A stretch of 64,000 nt of DNA from Bacteriovoracia bacterium (GTDB lineage: Bacteria; Bdellovibrionota; UBA1018; JBFWNL01): assembly GCA_050251055.1 (NCBI GenBank), contig JBFWNL010000011.1, positions 32,001 to 96,000 on the forward strand, in the 5' to 3' direction. This document shows, in pieces, positions 39,444 to 49,089 of this stretch. Both the position numbers and the translations under genes were made by a program. The notes under the pieces were generated by a model. The model was not told the origin of the DNA. It made no database searches and saw only the letters and a program-made list of their open reading frames with translations. Within the stretch, counting starts at the first letter, position 1; each line of letters starts with the position of its first letter.

Positions 39444-41829
39444 CCGCCGTCGTCTCCGGGTCTGATTCCGATTTGCCCGCCTCGATATCGAAACCAAGCT
39501 CACCCTCATCCTTCATGCGTACACGCACCTTGCCGCCCTTTTCCAACTTACCGAAGAGAATCTCTTCGGACAGCGGGCGCTTGATGCGGTCCTGGATCAG
39601 CCGGCCCATCGGGCGGGCGCCCAGGCGGGCGTCGTAGCCGTGCTTGGCGAGCCACTCGCGAACGTCCGGCTCGATTTCGATCTCGATGGCGCGGGCGAGC
39701 AGCTGGTTTTCGAGCTCCAAAAGCTGTTTCCCGACAACTTGGGCGATCGTATATGGATCAAGCGGGTTGAAGTAAACAATCGCATCCAGGCGGTTGCGGA
39801 ACTCGGGGCTGAACGCGCGCTCGACCTCCCGCTTGGAAACCGACCCGTTCGTGGCCTCACCTCGCGCAAATCCCAGGCCGCCCCGCTCGGCTTCGCGAGA
39901 GCCGACATTGGACGTCATAATGATGATCGTGTGCCGGAAGTCGGCCTTACGTCCGTTATTGTCGGTGAGCGTGCCGTGATCCATCACCTGTAACAGGATA
40001 TTCCAGATGTCGTGGTGGGCCTTCTCGATCTCATCCAACAAAACCACGCTGTGCGGATTCTTCAACACCGCGTCCGTGAGGAGACCAGCTTGCTCAAAAC
40101 CGACGTAACCTGGCGGCGCGCCGATTAAGCGAGATACGGTGTGCTTTTCCATGTACTCACTCATATCGAAGCGCAGGAACGTCACGCCCAGGCTGTGGGC
40201 GAGCTGCTTGCTAAGCTCCGTCTTGCCGACCCCCGTCGGGCCACAAAAGAGGAATGACCCCACGGGCTTTTCTCCCGTCCGTAATCCGGAACGCGCCAGT
40301 CGAATCGCGGTGACCAACGCTTCAATCGCGTGGTCTTGGCCGAAAAGGGTCAATCGCAAATCGCGATCCAGGTTCTTCAGCCGCGTCTTCTGGCTCGTGT
40401 TCACGGACCGGGGTGGAATCTTCGCGATCTTGGCCACGATCTCTTCGACCTGGGGCGCGTCCACGACGGAATTCCCCACCGCATCGGCACCGGACTGGAT
40501 ACGGGCTCGGGCGCCCGCCTCATCAATCACGTCGATCGCTTTATCCGGAAGAAAGCGGTCTTGAATGTGCTTGCTCGAGAGCTCCACGGCCGCGCGTATC
40601 GCTTCCGGGGTGAAATGAGCCCGATGGTGTTCCTCGAAGCGTTCCTTTAATCCACTCAATATCTGCACGGCTTCTTCGATCGAAGGCTCAGCGATCTCGA
40701 TTTTTTGGAACCGGCGCGCCAGCGCGTGATCCTTTTCGAAGATGTTGCGGTACTCTTGATAGGTGGTCGAACCGATGCACTGGATCTCGCCGCGCGAAAG
40801 CAAGGGCTTGAGCAGGTTTGCCGCGTCGAGCGTCCCCCCACTCACCGCGCCCGCGCCGATGATGGTATGGATCTCGTCAATCATGAGCAAGGGGCGAATA
40901 CCCCCGAGCTTCTTGCGTTCCAGGGACTTCAGAATCTGCTTGAAGCGGTTCTCGAAATCACCGCGAAACTTGGCGCCCGCCAGCAAAGAGCCGAGGTCGA
41001 GCGCGTACACTTCCGCATTCGCCAGCAAGTCAGGCACTTCGCCGTTGACGATCTTCAGTGCCAGGCCTTCGGCGAGGGCAGATTTCCCCACGCCCGCTTC
41101 GCCGATGAGAATCGGGTTATTTTTTCTCCGCCGGCACAGCGTCTGCACGATACGCTCAAGCTCATTTTTCCGGCCGATTAACGGATCGATCTTTCCTTCG
41201 CGGGCCAATACATTTAGATTCACCGCATAGGTTTCCAGTGCATCTTCCTGCGCACGTGGTCGATTTACCGACCGGGCGACTGGCCGCTCGACATGATTTC
41301 CGTCTTCGGCGGATTCGCCGGAGGACTCTTTCTTTTCCGACTTGGTGACCCCGTGGCTGACATAACTCAGCACGTCCAACCGCTCCACGCCGTGTTTCTT
41401 TAGCAGATGCAACGCATACGAATCTTTAGACTGAAAGAGCGCGACCAAGAGGTCCACCGGATGGATCTCGTCCTTGCCCGCCGACTGCACGTGGAAAAGT
41501 GCGCGCTGAATGAGGCGCTGGATGCTCAGCGTCGCCACCGGATGCTCATCACCCGGCTCCTCTTCCGCGTCCGACGCTTCCGAGTCATCCCCGGCCGGTG
41601 TCACGCTCGGCAGACTCGCTTTCTTCTTCGGAACTTCGGTGTCGAGGTAGCGCACCAGATCCGTTTTCAATTCGCTGGCGATCCCGCCGCAGGCGTGGAT
41701 CACCTCGAGGATGTCGGCGTCTTCGAGCAAGCTAAACAGCACATGCTCGAGCGTAAAATACTCGTGTTGTCGCTCGAATGCCGCGCGAACCGCGCGATTC
41801 AGCACTTCTTCTGCGTCACGTCCGATCAT
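39418..41829 (-). CDS. clpA: ATP-dependent Clp protease ATPase ClpA
   Basis: Clp N-domain, two AAA modules (GEAGVGKS, GPTGVGKT), no M-domain, LGF loop; clpS upstream. Confidence 0.95.
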   Translation of the reverse strand: MIGRDAEEVLNRAVRAAFERQHEYFTLEHVLFSLLEDADILEVIHACGGIASELKTDLVRYLDTEVPKKKASLPSVTPAGDDSEASDAEEEPGDEHPVATLSIQRLIQRALFHVQSAGKDEIHPVDLLVALFQSKDSYALHLLKKHGVERLDVLSYVSHGVTKSEKKESSGESAEDGNHVERPVARSVNRPRAQEDALETYAVNLNVLAREGKIDPLIGRKNELERIVQTLCRRRKNNPILIGEAGVGKSALAEGLALKIVNGEVPDLLANAEVYALDLGSLLAGAKFRGDFENRFKQILKSLERKKLGGIRPLLMIDEIHTIIGAGAVSGGTLDAANLLKPLLSRGEIQCIGSTTYQEYRNIFEKDHALARRFQKIEIAEPSIEEAVQILSGLKERFEEHHRAHFTPEAIRAAVELSSKHIQDRFLPDKAIDVIDEAGARARIQSGADAVGNSVVDAPQVEEIVAKIAKIPPRSVNTSQKTRLKNLDRDLRLTLFGQDHAIEALVTAIRLARSGLRTGEKPVGSFLFCGPTGVGKTELSKQLAHSLGVTFLRFDMSEYMEKHTVSRLIGAPPGYVGFEQAGLLTDAVLKNPHSVVLLDEIEKAHHDIWNILLQVMDHGTLTDNNGRKADFRHTIIIMTSNVGSREAERGGLGFARGEATNGSVSKREVERAFSPEFRNRLDAIVYFNPLDPYTIAQVVGKQLLELENQLLARAIEIEIEPDVREWLAKHGYDARLGARPMGRLIQDRIKRPLSEEILFGKLEKGGKVRVRMKDEGELGFDIEAGKSESDPETTAVTRTNRTT

Positions 41830-42169
41830 TTGAACTCCCTATCGGTTCCAGAGTGCACTTCAAGGGGTGGCCATGCTCGCGGGCGTCTTGGGTGACCTGC
41901 TCGACTTTCGTCTCGGCGATCTCGAAACTGTAGATTCCCGCGACGCCCCGGCCATCCTGATGTACTTTTAACATAATTTCCACCGCCGCTTCATGTGACT
42001 TATGAAAAAATTTTCCCAAGACCTCAATCACGTACTCCATGGTCGTGTAATCGTCGTTGTGGAGAATCACGGCATACTTGGGCGGCTCGGATAAATCTGG
42101 GCGGTCCTCGTCTACCACCGCCAGATCTGATGAATTTTCTTTGGTTTCTTCGTTTGGACGGCCGGCCAT
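41816..42169 (-). CDS. clpS: Clp protease adaptor ClpS
   Basis: YAVILHNDDYTTMEYV and HPLKCTLE. Confidence 0.96.
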   Translation of the reverse strand: MAGRPNEETKENSSDLAVVDEDRPDLSEPPKYAVILHNDDYTTMEYVIEVLGKFFHKSHEAAVEIMLKVHQDGRGVAGIYSFEIAETKVEQVTQDAREHGHPLKCTLEPIGSSNDRT

Positions 42170-42215
42170 ATTGTCCCAGTTCCTATTTCATCATTGAACG
42201 CATCGACTGGCAAAC

Positions 42216-42230
42216 CGGCAATAATTGCCG
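42216..42230. promoter_or_regulatory. Palindrome CGGCAAT-A-ATTGCCG between divergent clpS and cpaF
   Basis: Perfect 7-bp inverted repeat with a 1-nt spacer; candidate operator. Confidence 0.45.
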
Positions 42231-42267
42231 ACGTTTCTCCTTCAGATGAAAATGGTATCCTAAAAGC

Positions 42268-43458
42268 ATGGCGCCGAAGGGCACTCCTCCGAATTCCCAT
42301 CCCTCCATCCTCGATCGGGATGAAGAAGCGACCGATCCCGGCCTCTCGCCCACGGTGAGCAACCCAGGAATCGTGCGGCCGGCATCTCCCGCGACCGCCC
42401 CGCGCATGCCGGACTTGGGCCCGCTTCGCCGACTCATGCAGGACCCCGCCGTAACGGAAATCATGGTCAACGATGTCCGGGAGATCGTAGTCGAAAAAGA
42501 CGGACGCCTGCTCAACACTTCCATGCGCTTCACCTCTCTCGACGAGCTCAATCAACTCGTGCGAAACATCCAAGACTTCACCGGCCGCTACGTCACGCCC
42601 GAGAGCCCTTACATGGACGTTACGCTGCCCGATGGATCGCGCGTGAACATCGTTTCCCCGCCGGTGACCCCCCAAGGCCCTTGCCTGACCATCCGACGCT
42701 TTCCCAAACGCCTCACGGTGGATCACCTCTTCGCCCAGGGAACGCTCGACCAAAAGATGGGGTACTTTCTCAACGCCTGTGTCGTGGGCAAACGGAATAT
42801 CCTCCTTTGCGGAGGGACCGGTAGCGGCAAGACTACCTTTCTCAATGCCCTCGCGATGTACATCCCGGCCCAGGAACGTATCGTCACGATCGAAGACACG
42901 CCGGAGCTCATGATCCAGCATAAAAACAGCGTGAAGATGCAAACCAAAGCGGCCACGCCAACTGCTCCGGGCGTCACTCAACGCGAACTCGTGGCCAACG
43001 CCCTGCGGATGCGGCCGGATCGATTGATCCTGGGCGAATGCCGACGTGGCGAAGCCCTCGACATGCTTCAAGCCATGAACACCGGGCACGAAGGCTCGCT
43101 CACGACCGTGCACGCGAATTCCCCCCGCGACGCCCTCGCCCGCTTAGAAACGCTGTGTCTCCTTGATGGCGCGGAGATCCCGCTCACGGCCGTGCGCAAG
43201 CAGATCGCCTCGGCCATCGAAGTGATCGTGCAGCTCAAGCGCTACCGCAACGGACGCCGGCGCGTGACCGAGATCGTCGAGCTCACGGGTCTCGAGACGG
43301 AAAACTATACTCTGCAGGAAATTTTCAAGTTCGAGCCCGATCCCGCGGCTCCACTCAACCCCGATACGGGTATCTTCAAATGCACGGGATTCGTGCCAAA
43401 ATTCATCACGGATCTCAAGGAACAGGGGATCGAAATTCCCGAGGACTTCTTTATCTGA
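42268..43458 (+). CDS. cpaF: CpaF/TadA family pilus assembly ATPase (orphan)
   Basis: EIMVN, LPDGSRVN, GGTGSGKTT, TIEDTPEL, ALRMRPDR, AMNTGHEG, TVHANSP. Confidence 0.92.
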   Translation: MAPKGTPPNSHPSILDRDEEATDPGLSPTVSNPGIVRPASPATAPRMPDLGPLRRLMQDPAVTEIMVNDVREIVVEKDGRLLNTSMRFTSLDELNQLVRNIQDFTGRYVTPESPYMDVTLPDGSRVNIVSPPVTPQGPCLTIRRFPKRLTVDHLFAQGTLDQKMGYFLNACVVGKRNILLCGGTGSGKTTFLNALAMYIPAQERIVTIEDTPELMIQHKNSVKMQTKAATPTAPGVTQRELVANALRMRPDRLILGECRRGEALDMLQAMNTGHEGSLTTVHANSPRDALARLETLCLLDGAEIPLTAVRKQIASAIEVIVQLKRYRNGRRRVTEIVELTGLETENYTLQEIFKFEPDPAAPLNPDTGIFKCTGFVPKFITDLKEQGIEIPEDFFI

Positions 43459-44224
43459 TGGATGCGCGGAGATAATCCGCGATGCGCTCGCGCTGCCCCC
43501 GCTCCAGCTGTTCGATATTCATCACGAACTTCACCGCTAAATCAAGATCTGTCTTGTTCGTGGTCGCGACCAGGTCGACCAGGGCCGAGCCCTTGCCCTT
43601 CACTCCCTTGTCGTCCTCAATGATGTGCCCGTACTTCACCGGCTTTCCTTCGCCGCCTTCGAAGAAGTTGCCGAAAAACGCGATATTGAAGCGAACGACT
43701 TTCCCTTCCGATTCGACCACGAAAAGCTCGCAGCGGTCCGAGCTACAAAACCAGCGGGGCTTTCCGTCCGGCTCCGGCTTCAGCATCTTGGCGTTCACTT
43801 CGTACATCTTGATCGCCCCGATCTCGGCATTGAAATATTGAATGACCATCTTCTCGGCCTCGCGCTGAAGATCTTCGAAGCGACCGCCAATGATCTTGGT
43901 ATGGGAATGCATGACGCGAATCGCGGCGGGGCACTGCAATCCGGGGATCACAAACACCCCTTTAAAGAGCTCCCCAGGCGCGACGGCAATTCCCGAGTTC
44001 CCCTTGAAAATACCGGCGCCGGTGACGGAAATATTCGCCACCGACATCGCCGGGCTCGTGCGTCCCGCCGCACTCTCCGGAATGAAGGAAATGTCGTGCA
44101 GGGGAAGAATCTCCACACGCGGTGCCCGTGCGGAAAACGCCCGATCGGGGGCGGCGGCGGTATCGACGGGCCCCGCCGGACGAGCGGCGGGGGTGCCTTT
44201 AGCGCGTTTGAACCAGTTGAGCAT
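43451..44224 (-). CDS. PilZ-like domain protein
   Basis: ARAPRV and ANISVTGAG motifs; paralogue of the next gene. Confidence 0.65.
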   Translation of the reverse strand: MLNWFKRAKGTPAARPAGPVDTAAAPDRAFSARAPRVEILPLHDISFIPESAAGRTSPAMSVANISVTGAGIFKGNSGIAVAPGELFKGVFVIPGLQCPAAIRVMHSHTKIIGGRFEDLQREAEKMVIQYFNAEIGAIKMYEVNAKMLKPEPDGKPRWFCSSDRCELFVVESEGKVVRFNIAFFGNFFEGGEGKPVKYGHIIEDDKGVKGKGSALVDLVATTNKTDLDLAVKFVMNIEQLERGQRERIADYLRASIR

Positions 44225-44225
44225 G

Positions 44226-44963
44226 CTAGCCGCCAGCCCGCGTGATGTGCCCGAGAAGCGCTTCTCGCCGGGGATTATCGAGATTCCTCACGGCGCCCAC
44301 GTAGCGGCGCGCGAGCTTCAACATCTCCGCGGAGGGTGACCGGAGGTCCGTAATTACCGCGGCGCCTTTGTAATGGGGCTTGCCCGGATGTTCGTCGTCC
44401 AGCAAGGATCCGGACTTCAGGTCCTGGTCACGCCCACCTTGAAAATAATTCCCAAAGAACGTGAAGTGAAATTTTTCGATTTTGCCGCCCACTTCGACCA
44501 GGAAAAGATCGCAGTTGTTCGCGCCGCGATACCACGTCACCTCGCCTTCTTCGCTCTTGGCCAAGACGTCCGGGTTTACCTCGATCAGCTTCATGGCTGC
44601 CAGCTCCACGCGAAAAAAACTCGCAACCACGCTCTCGATCGAAGCGAGATTAGTCTCAAACTGACAACCCACGTATTGCTCGGAAACGTGCACGACCCGA
44701 CAGCGGGTTTCGACCTCGAACTTGCCGATCTTCAGCCGGCCCTTCAAAGTATGCCCGGGTTCGGGCCAGGTCTGGCGCGAGGTCTTTAGCACGCCCATGC
44801 CCCCCGTGGATACGTTTCCCAAGCTCACGACCTCGCCGATTCCTTCGGGGAAAAACATGGCGTCGTGAATCGCCACGACCTGAATGCGGGGCGACCGCTG
44901 CCGCTGCAGGCCCAGAAAAGACAAAATCGACTCCCGCCAACGGCGGATCCGGTCCGAGATCAT
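44226..44963 (-). CDS. PilZ-like domain protein
   Basis: RQRSPRI, GNVSTGGMG and VGCQF motifs. Confidence 0.7.
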   Translation of the reverse strand: MISDRIRRWRESILSFLGLQRQRSPRIQVVAIHDAMFFPEGIGEVVSLGNVSTGGMGVLKTSRQTWPEPGHTLKGRLKIGKFEVETRCRVVHVSEQYVGCQFETNLASIESVVASFFRVELAAMKLIEVNPDVLAKSEEGEVTWYRGANNCDLFLVEVGGKIEKFHFTFFGNYFQGGRDQDLKSGSLLDDEHPGKPHYKGAAVITDLRSPSAEMLKLARRYVGAVRNLDNPRREALLGHITRAGG

Positions 44964-44970
44964 GGCTGGC

Positions 44971-45849
44971 TTAAATCCCCTTCGCGTTCATCACGCGATG
45001 AATACGGTTCAGTACTTCCCAAGTTAACTGATCGTCTTTAGCCTTCATAGCCCAATTCCGATGAAACGCCTCATCCGATTTGTTGCGGTCGGTCAAACCG
45101 AAGTCCACACCGAACCCCGCCATCTCGACGGCAAACCGCGCGTACCAGCCCGCCAGGGCCTCGCCCGCACGGCCGTCCGGTTCGCGTTTCGCGTGGATGA
45201 CTTTCAAAGCCTCGTCCCCGAGCACCCGTTTCAACGTATAAATCGAAGCTTTTTGAAAAATTTTTTCGTAAGGCGGAGGTGCGGGAGTTCCCGAATCCGA
45301 CGGGGACTTGCCCTTGAACTCGATGACTTCGACGCTACCTGGTTCCATCGGGACGGCCGGTACGGTTTCTTCTGGCGCCGCCGGATCAACCGGTTTCGCG
45401 AGCGGCATGGCCGAAGCCTCGGTGAACAATGTCGGCGCGGGCAGCTCCTTCTCGAGTCGACCGAGGAGCGTGGCGAATGCCGCCAGCGCCCCGTCCTTTT
45501 GTCCGATGTGCGCGGCCTCCAGCTGGCGATATCGAGAAGAGTGCACGAACCCGTTATAAATTCCCTCGACGGAAGCCCCCTGGTTCATCGTATCGAGCCA
45601 ACCACCGAACTCCTTGCGGTCTTGAGGATCTTTAATATAGATCACGCGGAAAAATTCTTGCAGGATCTCGGAATTCTGTTTGGCCCGTTTGGCTTGGACG
45701 GACGTCAGCTCGATGCCATCCCCGGAGGCCGACGGAGGATTCCCCGAAGGCGTCGGTGCGGGAGTCGAGGTCAACCAAGGGAGCTGGCAGGCCGAAAAAA
45801 TCGCGATGAGGGCGGCTAAACTACAGCGCGAAGCTGAGCTTAGCGCCAT
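44971..45849 (-). CDS. Hypothetical lipoprotein, DUF4214-like helical domain
   Basis: Lipobox FSAC, Pro-rich tether, FFRVIY.KDP..EFGGW...GAS...GFVHS.RY pattern. Confidence 0.55.
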   Translation of the reverse strand: MALSSASRCSLAALIAIFSACQLPWLTSTPAPTPSGNPPSASGDGIELTSVQAKRAKQNSEILQEFFRVIYIKDPQDRKEFGGWLDTMNQGASVEGIYNGFVHSSRYRQLEAAHIGQKDGALAAFATLLGRLEKELPAPTLFTEASAMPLAKPVDPAAPEETVPAVPMEPGSVEVIEFKGKSPSDSGTPAPPPYEKIFQKASIYTLKRVLGDEALKVIHAKREPDGRAGEALAGWYARFAVEMAGFGVDFGLTDRNKSDEAFHRNWAMKAKDDQLTWEVLNRIHRVMNAKGI

Positions 45850-46579
45850 AGGTGCTGTAACCCGAGAAGTTCATATTATACTCCGCCGTCAGCTTCAGAA
45901 TAAAAAGCTTGATCGGCAAACCGAAGAACAGGTGACCAGCCGCGTACGATCCGTCTCCCGAAATTGGCAAAGTGCCAGTATCAAAGTTCAGGGATCCGCG
46001 CGCGGTTTGGAGACCAAAACCTAAATAAGGGTCGATGATTCCTATCGGCAAAGAACCGAGCACGTCAAAAGAAAGCGTATTGGAATTGATGTAACTCAGT
46101 TTCGCTTTCGTATAGGAAGTCCGGGCGGCTAGACTCAGCATCGGCGAGCGGACAAATGCCCATTGCAAATCAAATCCGATCAAAGAATACCCACCGTAGG
46201 CAATCCAGGAAAACCCCAAGTCGATGCCCGCGGGCAAACCTTTGTGGATGTTTAATCGGGGCAGAGGAAGTGAGCTACTATTACTCCCTGAGTTACCGAC
46301 CGTGGTGAGCGCGCTGCGAAAATCATCACTGAACGAAACCAAAGTGACATCGACGCCCACGTCCAAGCCTAATGCAACTCCCAAGGGGGTCGCCGAACGA
46401 TAGGAGCGATGCTCGGTCTGGTATCCCGCCGTCTTCAACATCGCGTCCTTGAGTGAAGTAGTCAATGCACTGAGTTGGGCGGGATCATACGTAAAATCAG
46501 CGTGAGCCGCGGTGCCTAAGGAACTGATGAGCGCCACTGGCAACGCAAATTTCAGAAAGGATTGGATATAAGGTTGCAT
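45821..46579 (-). CDS. Exported probable outer-membrane beta-barrel protein
   Basis: Signal peptide ending AHA, LPLPRLNIHKGLP motif, alternating beta-strands; start set at ATG 46579. Confidence 0.6.
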   Translation of the reverse strand: MQPYIQSFLKFALPVALISSLGTAAHADFTYDPAQLSALTTSLKDAMLKTAGYQTEHRSYRSATPLGVALGLDVGVDVTLVSFSDDFRSALTTVGNSGSNSSSLPLPRLNIHKGLPAGIDLGFSWIAYGGYSLIGFDLQWAFVRSPMLSLAARTSYTKAKLSYINSNTLSFDVLGSLPIGIIDPYLGFGLQTARGSLNFDTGTLPISGDGSYAAGHLFFGLPIKLFILKLTAEYNMNFSGYSTYGAKLSFAL

Positions 46580-46657
46580 GACTCTAATGCTAACAGATAT
46601 TCTGTGCCTCGCCAGCTCGATGTAGGAGCCAAAAACCAGACACTTAATGGAAACGCC

Positions 46658-48439
46658 ATGAAAGACCGCAAAAATATCCCTACTGAACAAACTTGGAACT
46701 TAGCTTCGATTTACGCGAACGACGCCGAATGGGAAGCTGACTTATTGACTCTCGATCCTATTCTGAATGATTTGCTCCAATACCGGGGGAAACTCGGACA
46801 AGGCGCGGAAAAATTGGCGCGCGCCTTCCAGCTGCGCGACGACCTCGGCCGCAAAATGAACAAGATCTATGTCTACGCACATCTGCATGCGGACCAAGAC
46901 ACGACTAATGCCCATTACATGGGTCTGCAGGGACGAATTCAGACCAAGGCCGTGCAGATTGGCGCCGCGCTTTCGTGGATGGATCCGGAGATCCTCGCCC
47001 TGTCGAGTACCACAATCGCGGAGTATTCGAAGGCCGCGGCGCTCAAGCCATTCGCGCGCGCGTTGGAGCTTCTGCTGCGCCAAAAGCCACACACCCTCAG
47101 TGAAAAGGAAGAGAATCTACTGACCCAGGCGTCGGACCCCCTTTCCTCGATCCATAAGGCATTCGGCATGCTCAACAACGCCGACATGCGCTTTCCGAAC
47201 ACGAAGGATGATCAAGGAAAAAGCGTAGAGCTCACTCACGGCAACTACATTAAGTTCTTGGATAATCCGAACCGCGACGTGCGGAAGCAGGCTTTCGAAG
47301 CACTCTTCAGCGCATATGGTGCGCACAAACACACCTTCGCCGCGATTCTCGAGGGCCAGACGAAGATGCACGTCTTCCACGCGCGCACCAAGAACTTCAA
47401 GTCTTCGCTCGAAGCGAGCCTCTTTGACGATAACGTCCCGAAAAGCGTTTACGATAGCTTGGTCGCCACCGTGCGCGGCCATCTGCCGCTTTTTCATCGC
47501 TACATCCGGCTGCGCAAGCGCCTGCTCCAGCTCGACCATCTCGACATGTACGACTTGTACGTACCCATCGTTAAGGATTTCAAACTGAACGTCCCGTTTG
47601 AGACCGCCCGCGGCTGGATCACCGACGCGTTCAAAGTTATGGGTGAAGACTATACGAAGGTGGTGGAGAGCGCGTTCCGCGACCGCTGGATCGACGTGCA
47701 TGAGTCGCGCGGAAAGCGCTCGGGCGCCTACTCTTCGGGCTGTTATGACACGATGCCGTTCATCCTGATGAACTACCAAGACAATCTCAACAGTGCATTC
47801 ACGCTGGCGCACGAGCTCGGGCATTCGCTCCACTCCTACTACTCTCGCAAAACCCAGCCCCATACCACGGCGTCGTATCGGATCTTCGTAGCGGAAGTGG
47901 CCTCGACCACGAACGAGGCGCTCCTGCACCATCATCTGCTAAAGAGTACGACCGACCCGAAATTCCGCGCCTACCTTCTCAACCATTTCTGCGAAGAATT
48001 CCGAGGGACCGTGTTCCGGCAGACGATGTTCGCCGAATTCGAGCGGATGATCCACGCCAAGGTCGAAGCGGGGGTGTCCCTCACTCCGGACGAGCTTTGC
48101 CAGGCGTACTACCAACTCAATGCCGACTATTATGGACCGGACGTCCAAGCGGACCGCCGTATCGAGTTGGAATGGGCGCGCATCCCCCATCTCTACTACG
48201 GATTTTACGTCTACAAGTATGCGACGGGATTTTCGGCGGCACAGGCCTTCTCCTCGCGAATTCTCGCGGGCGACCGCAAGGCAATCGATGCGTATCAACG
48301 ATTCCTCTGCGCCGGCGGGAGCAAAGATCCGCTCGATATCCTGATTGACGCGGGCGTGGACCTACGAGGGCCCCAGCCTATCGTAGATGCACTCAAGAAT
48401 TTCGAGGCGGCCGTGACCGAACTCGAAAAACTGCTCTAG
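46658..48439 (+). CDS. pepF: Oligoendopeptidase F (M3B)
   Basis: GKRSGAYS, TLAHELGHSLH, FVAEVAS, WARIPHLY; start at ATG 46658. Confidence 0.95.
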   Translation: MKDRKNIPTEQTWNLASIYANDAEWEADLLTLDPILNDLLQYRGKLGQGAEKLARAFQLRDDLGRKMNKIYVYAHLHADQDTTNAHYMGLQGRIQTKAVQIGAALSWMDPEILALSSTTIAEYSKAAALKPFARALELLLRQKPHTLSEKEENLLTQASDPLSSIHKAFGMLNNADMRFPNTKDDQGKSVELTHGNYIKFLDNPNRDVRKQAFEALFSAYGAHKHTFAAILEGQTKMHVFHARTKNFKSSLEASLFDDNVPKSVYDSLVATVRGHLPLFHRYIRLRKRLLQLDHLDMYDLYVPIVKDFKLNVPFETARGWITDAFKVMGEDYTKVVESAFRDRWIDVHESRGKRSGAYSSGCYDTMPFILMNYQDNLNSAFTLAHELGHSLHSYYSRKTQPHTTASYRIFVAEVASTTNEALLHHHLLKSTTDPKFRAYLLNHFCEEFRGTVFRQTMFAEFERMIHAKVEAGVSLTPDELCQAYYQLNADYYGPDVQADRRIELEWARIPHLYYGFYVYKYATGFSAAQAFSSRILAGDRKAIDAYQRFLCAGGSKDPLDILIDAGVDLRGPQPIVDALKNFEAAVTELEKLL

Positions 48440-48447
48440 CTAAGCCG

Positions 48448-49089
48448 CTATTGCTTCTGCTCCCAGCCCGATTCGTTCTGGAGCCAAGTATTGGATGGCG
48501 ACATCGACTGGAAGGAGCGCGAGAAACTCTTCTCGATGTTCACCTTACGCGTGTCGGGAAGGTTGTTGCTCTTGAGGACTTCGGCGTAAAGCTCCCGGCG
48601 CAACTCGTTTTCATTACTGACGATTTTCTCCACGGCCTTCTTCTCGATCGGGGAAAGCGCTTTACCGTCGGCCTTCTTGTCTCCACGCACGACGAGCAGA
48701 CCCGCCTGGCTTTCGCCCAAGATGCCGGCGCGCTTGTATTTTAATACGTCTTCGGCCTGGGCCGCGAGTTTGTCTTTAATTTGTGCGGCTTTTGGTGAAT
48801 CCAGGTTGAACGAAAAGTCTTCGGCCACTGCTTGCGGAATCAGCGAAAAATAGCTCGTGCCCGTGGGTTTCACCGCTGGCGTCTCGCCTTCCTTGTCCTT
48901 CTTCTTGCTACGGTAAAGCTCGCGGACGTAATCGTCGGTGGCCTTTTGCACGGCGCTCTCCGGAAAATTCACGTTTACCGTGACGCAACCGGCCGCTACC
49001 GCCAGGGCGGCGATCATAACGACGGCGCCGACGGAAACTCCGCGTTCAGAAGTTGGGATCAAAGCATTGGCGATCTTTTTCATTTTCAT
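48448..49089 (-). CDS. YdbL/DUF1318 family lipoprotein
   Basis: AAGCVTVNVNFP lipoprotein segment; GILGESQAGLL and NENELRRELY motifs. Confidence 0.75.
   Translation of the reverse strand: MKMKKIANALIPTSERGVSVGAVVMIAALAVAAGCVTVNVNFPESAVQKATDDYVRELYRSKKKDKEGETPAVKPTGTSYFSLIPQAVAEDFSFNLDSPKAAQIKDKLAAQAEDVLKYKRAGILGESQAGLLVVRGDKKADGKALSPIEKKAVEKIVSNENELRRELYAEVLKSNNLPDTRKVNIEKSFSRSFQSMSPSNTWLQNESGWEQKQ

Noticed and set aside
38748-42169. aat converging on clpS-clpA as a novel system
   Set aside because: This is the known N-degron pathway and the gene neighbourhood is already described in other bacteria.
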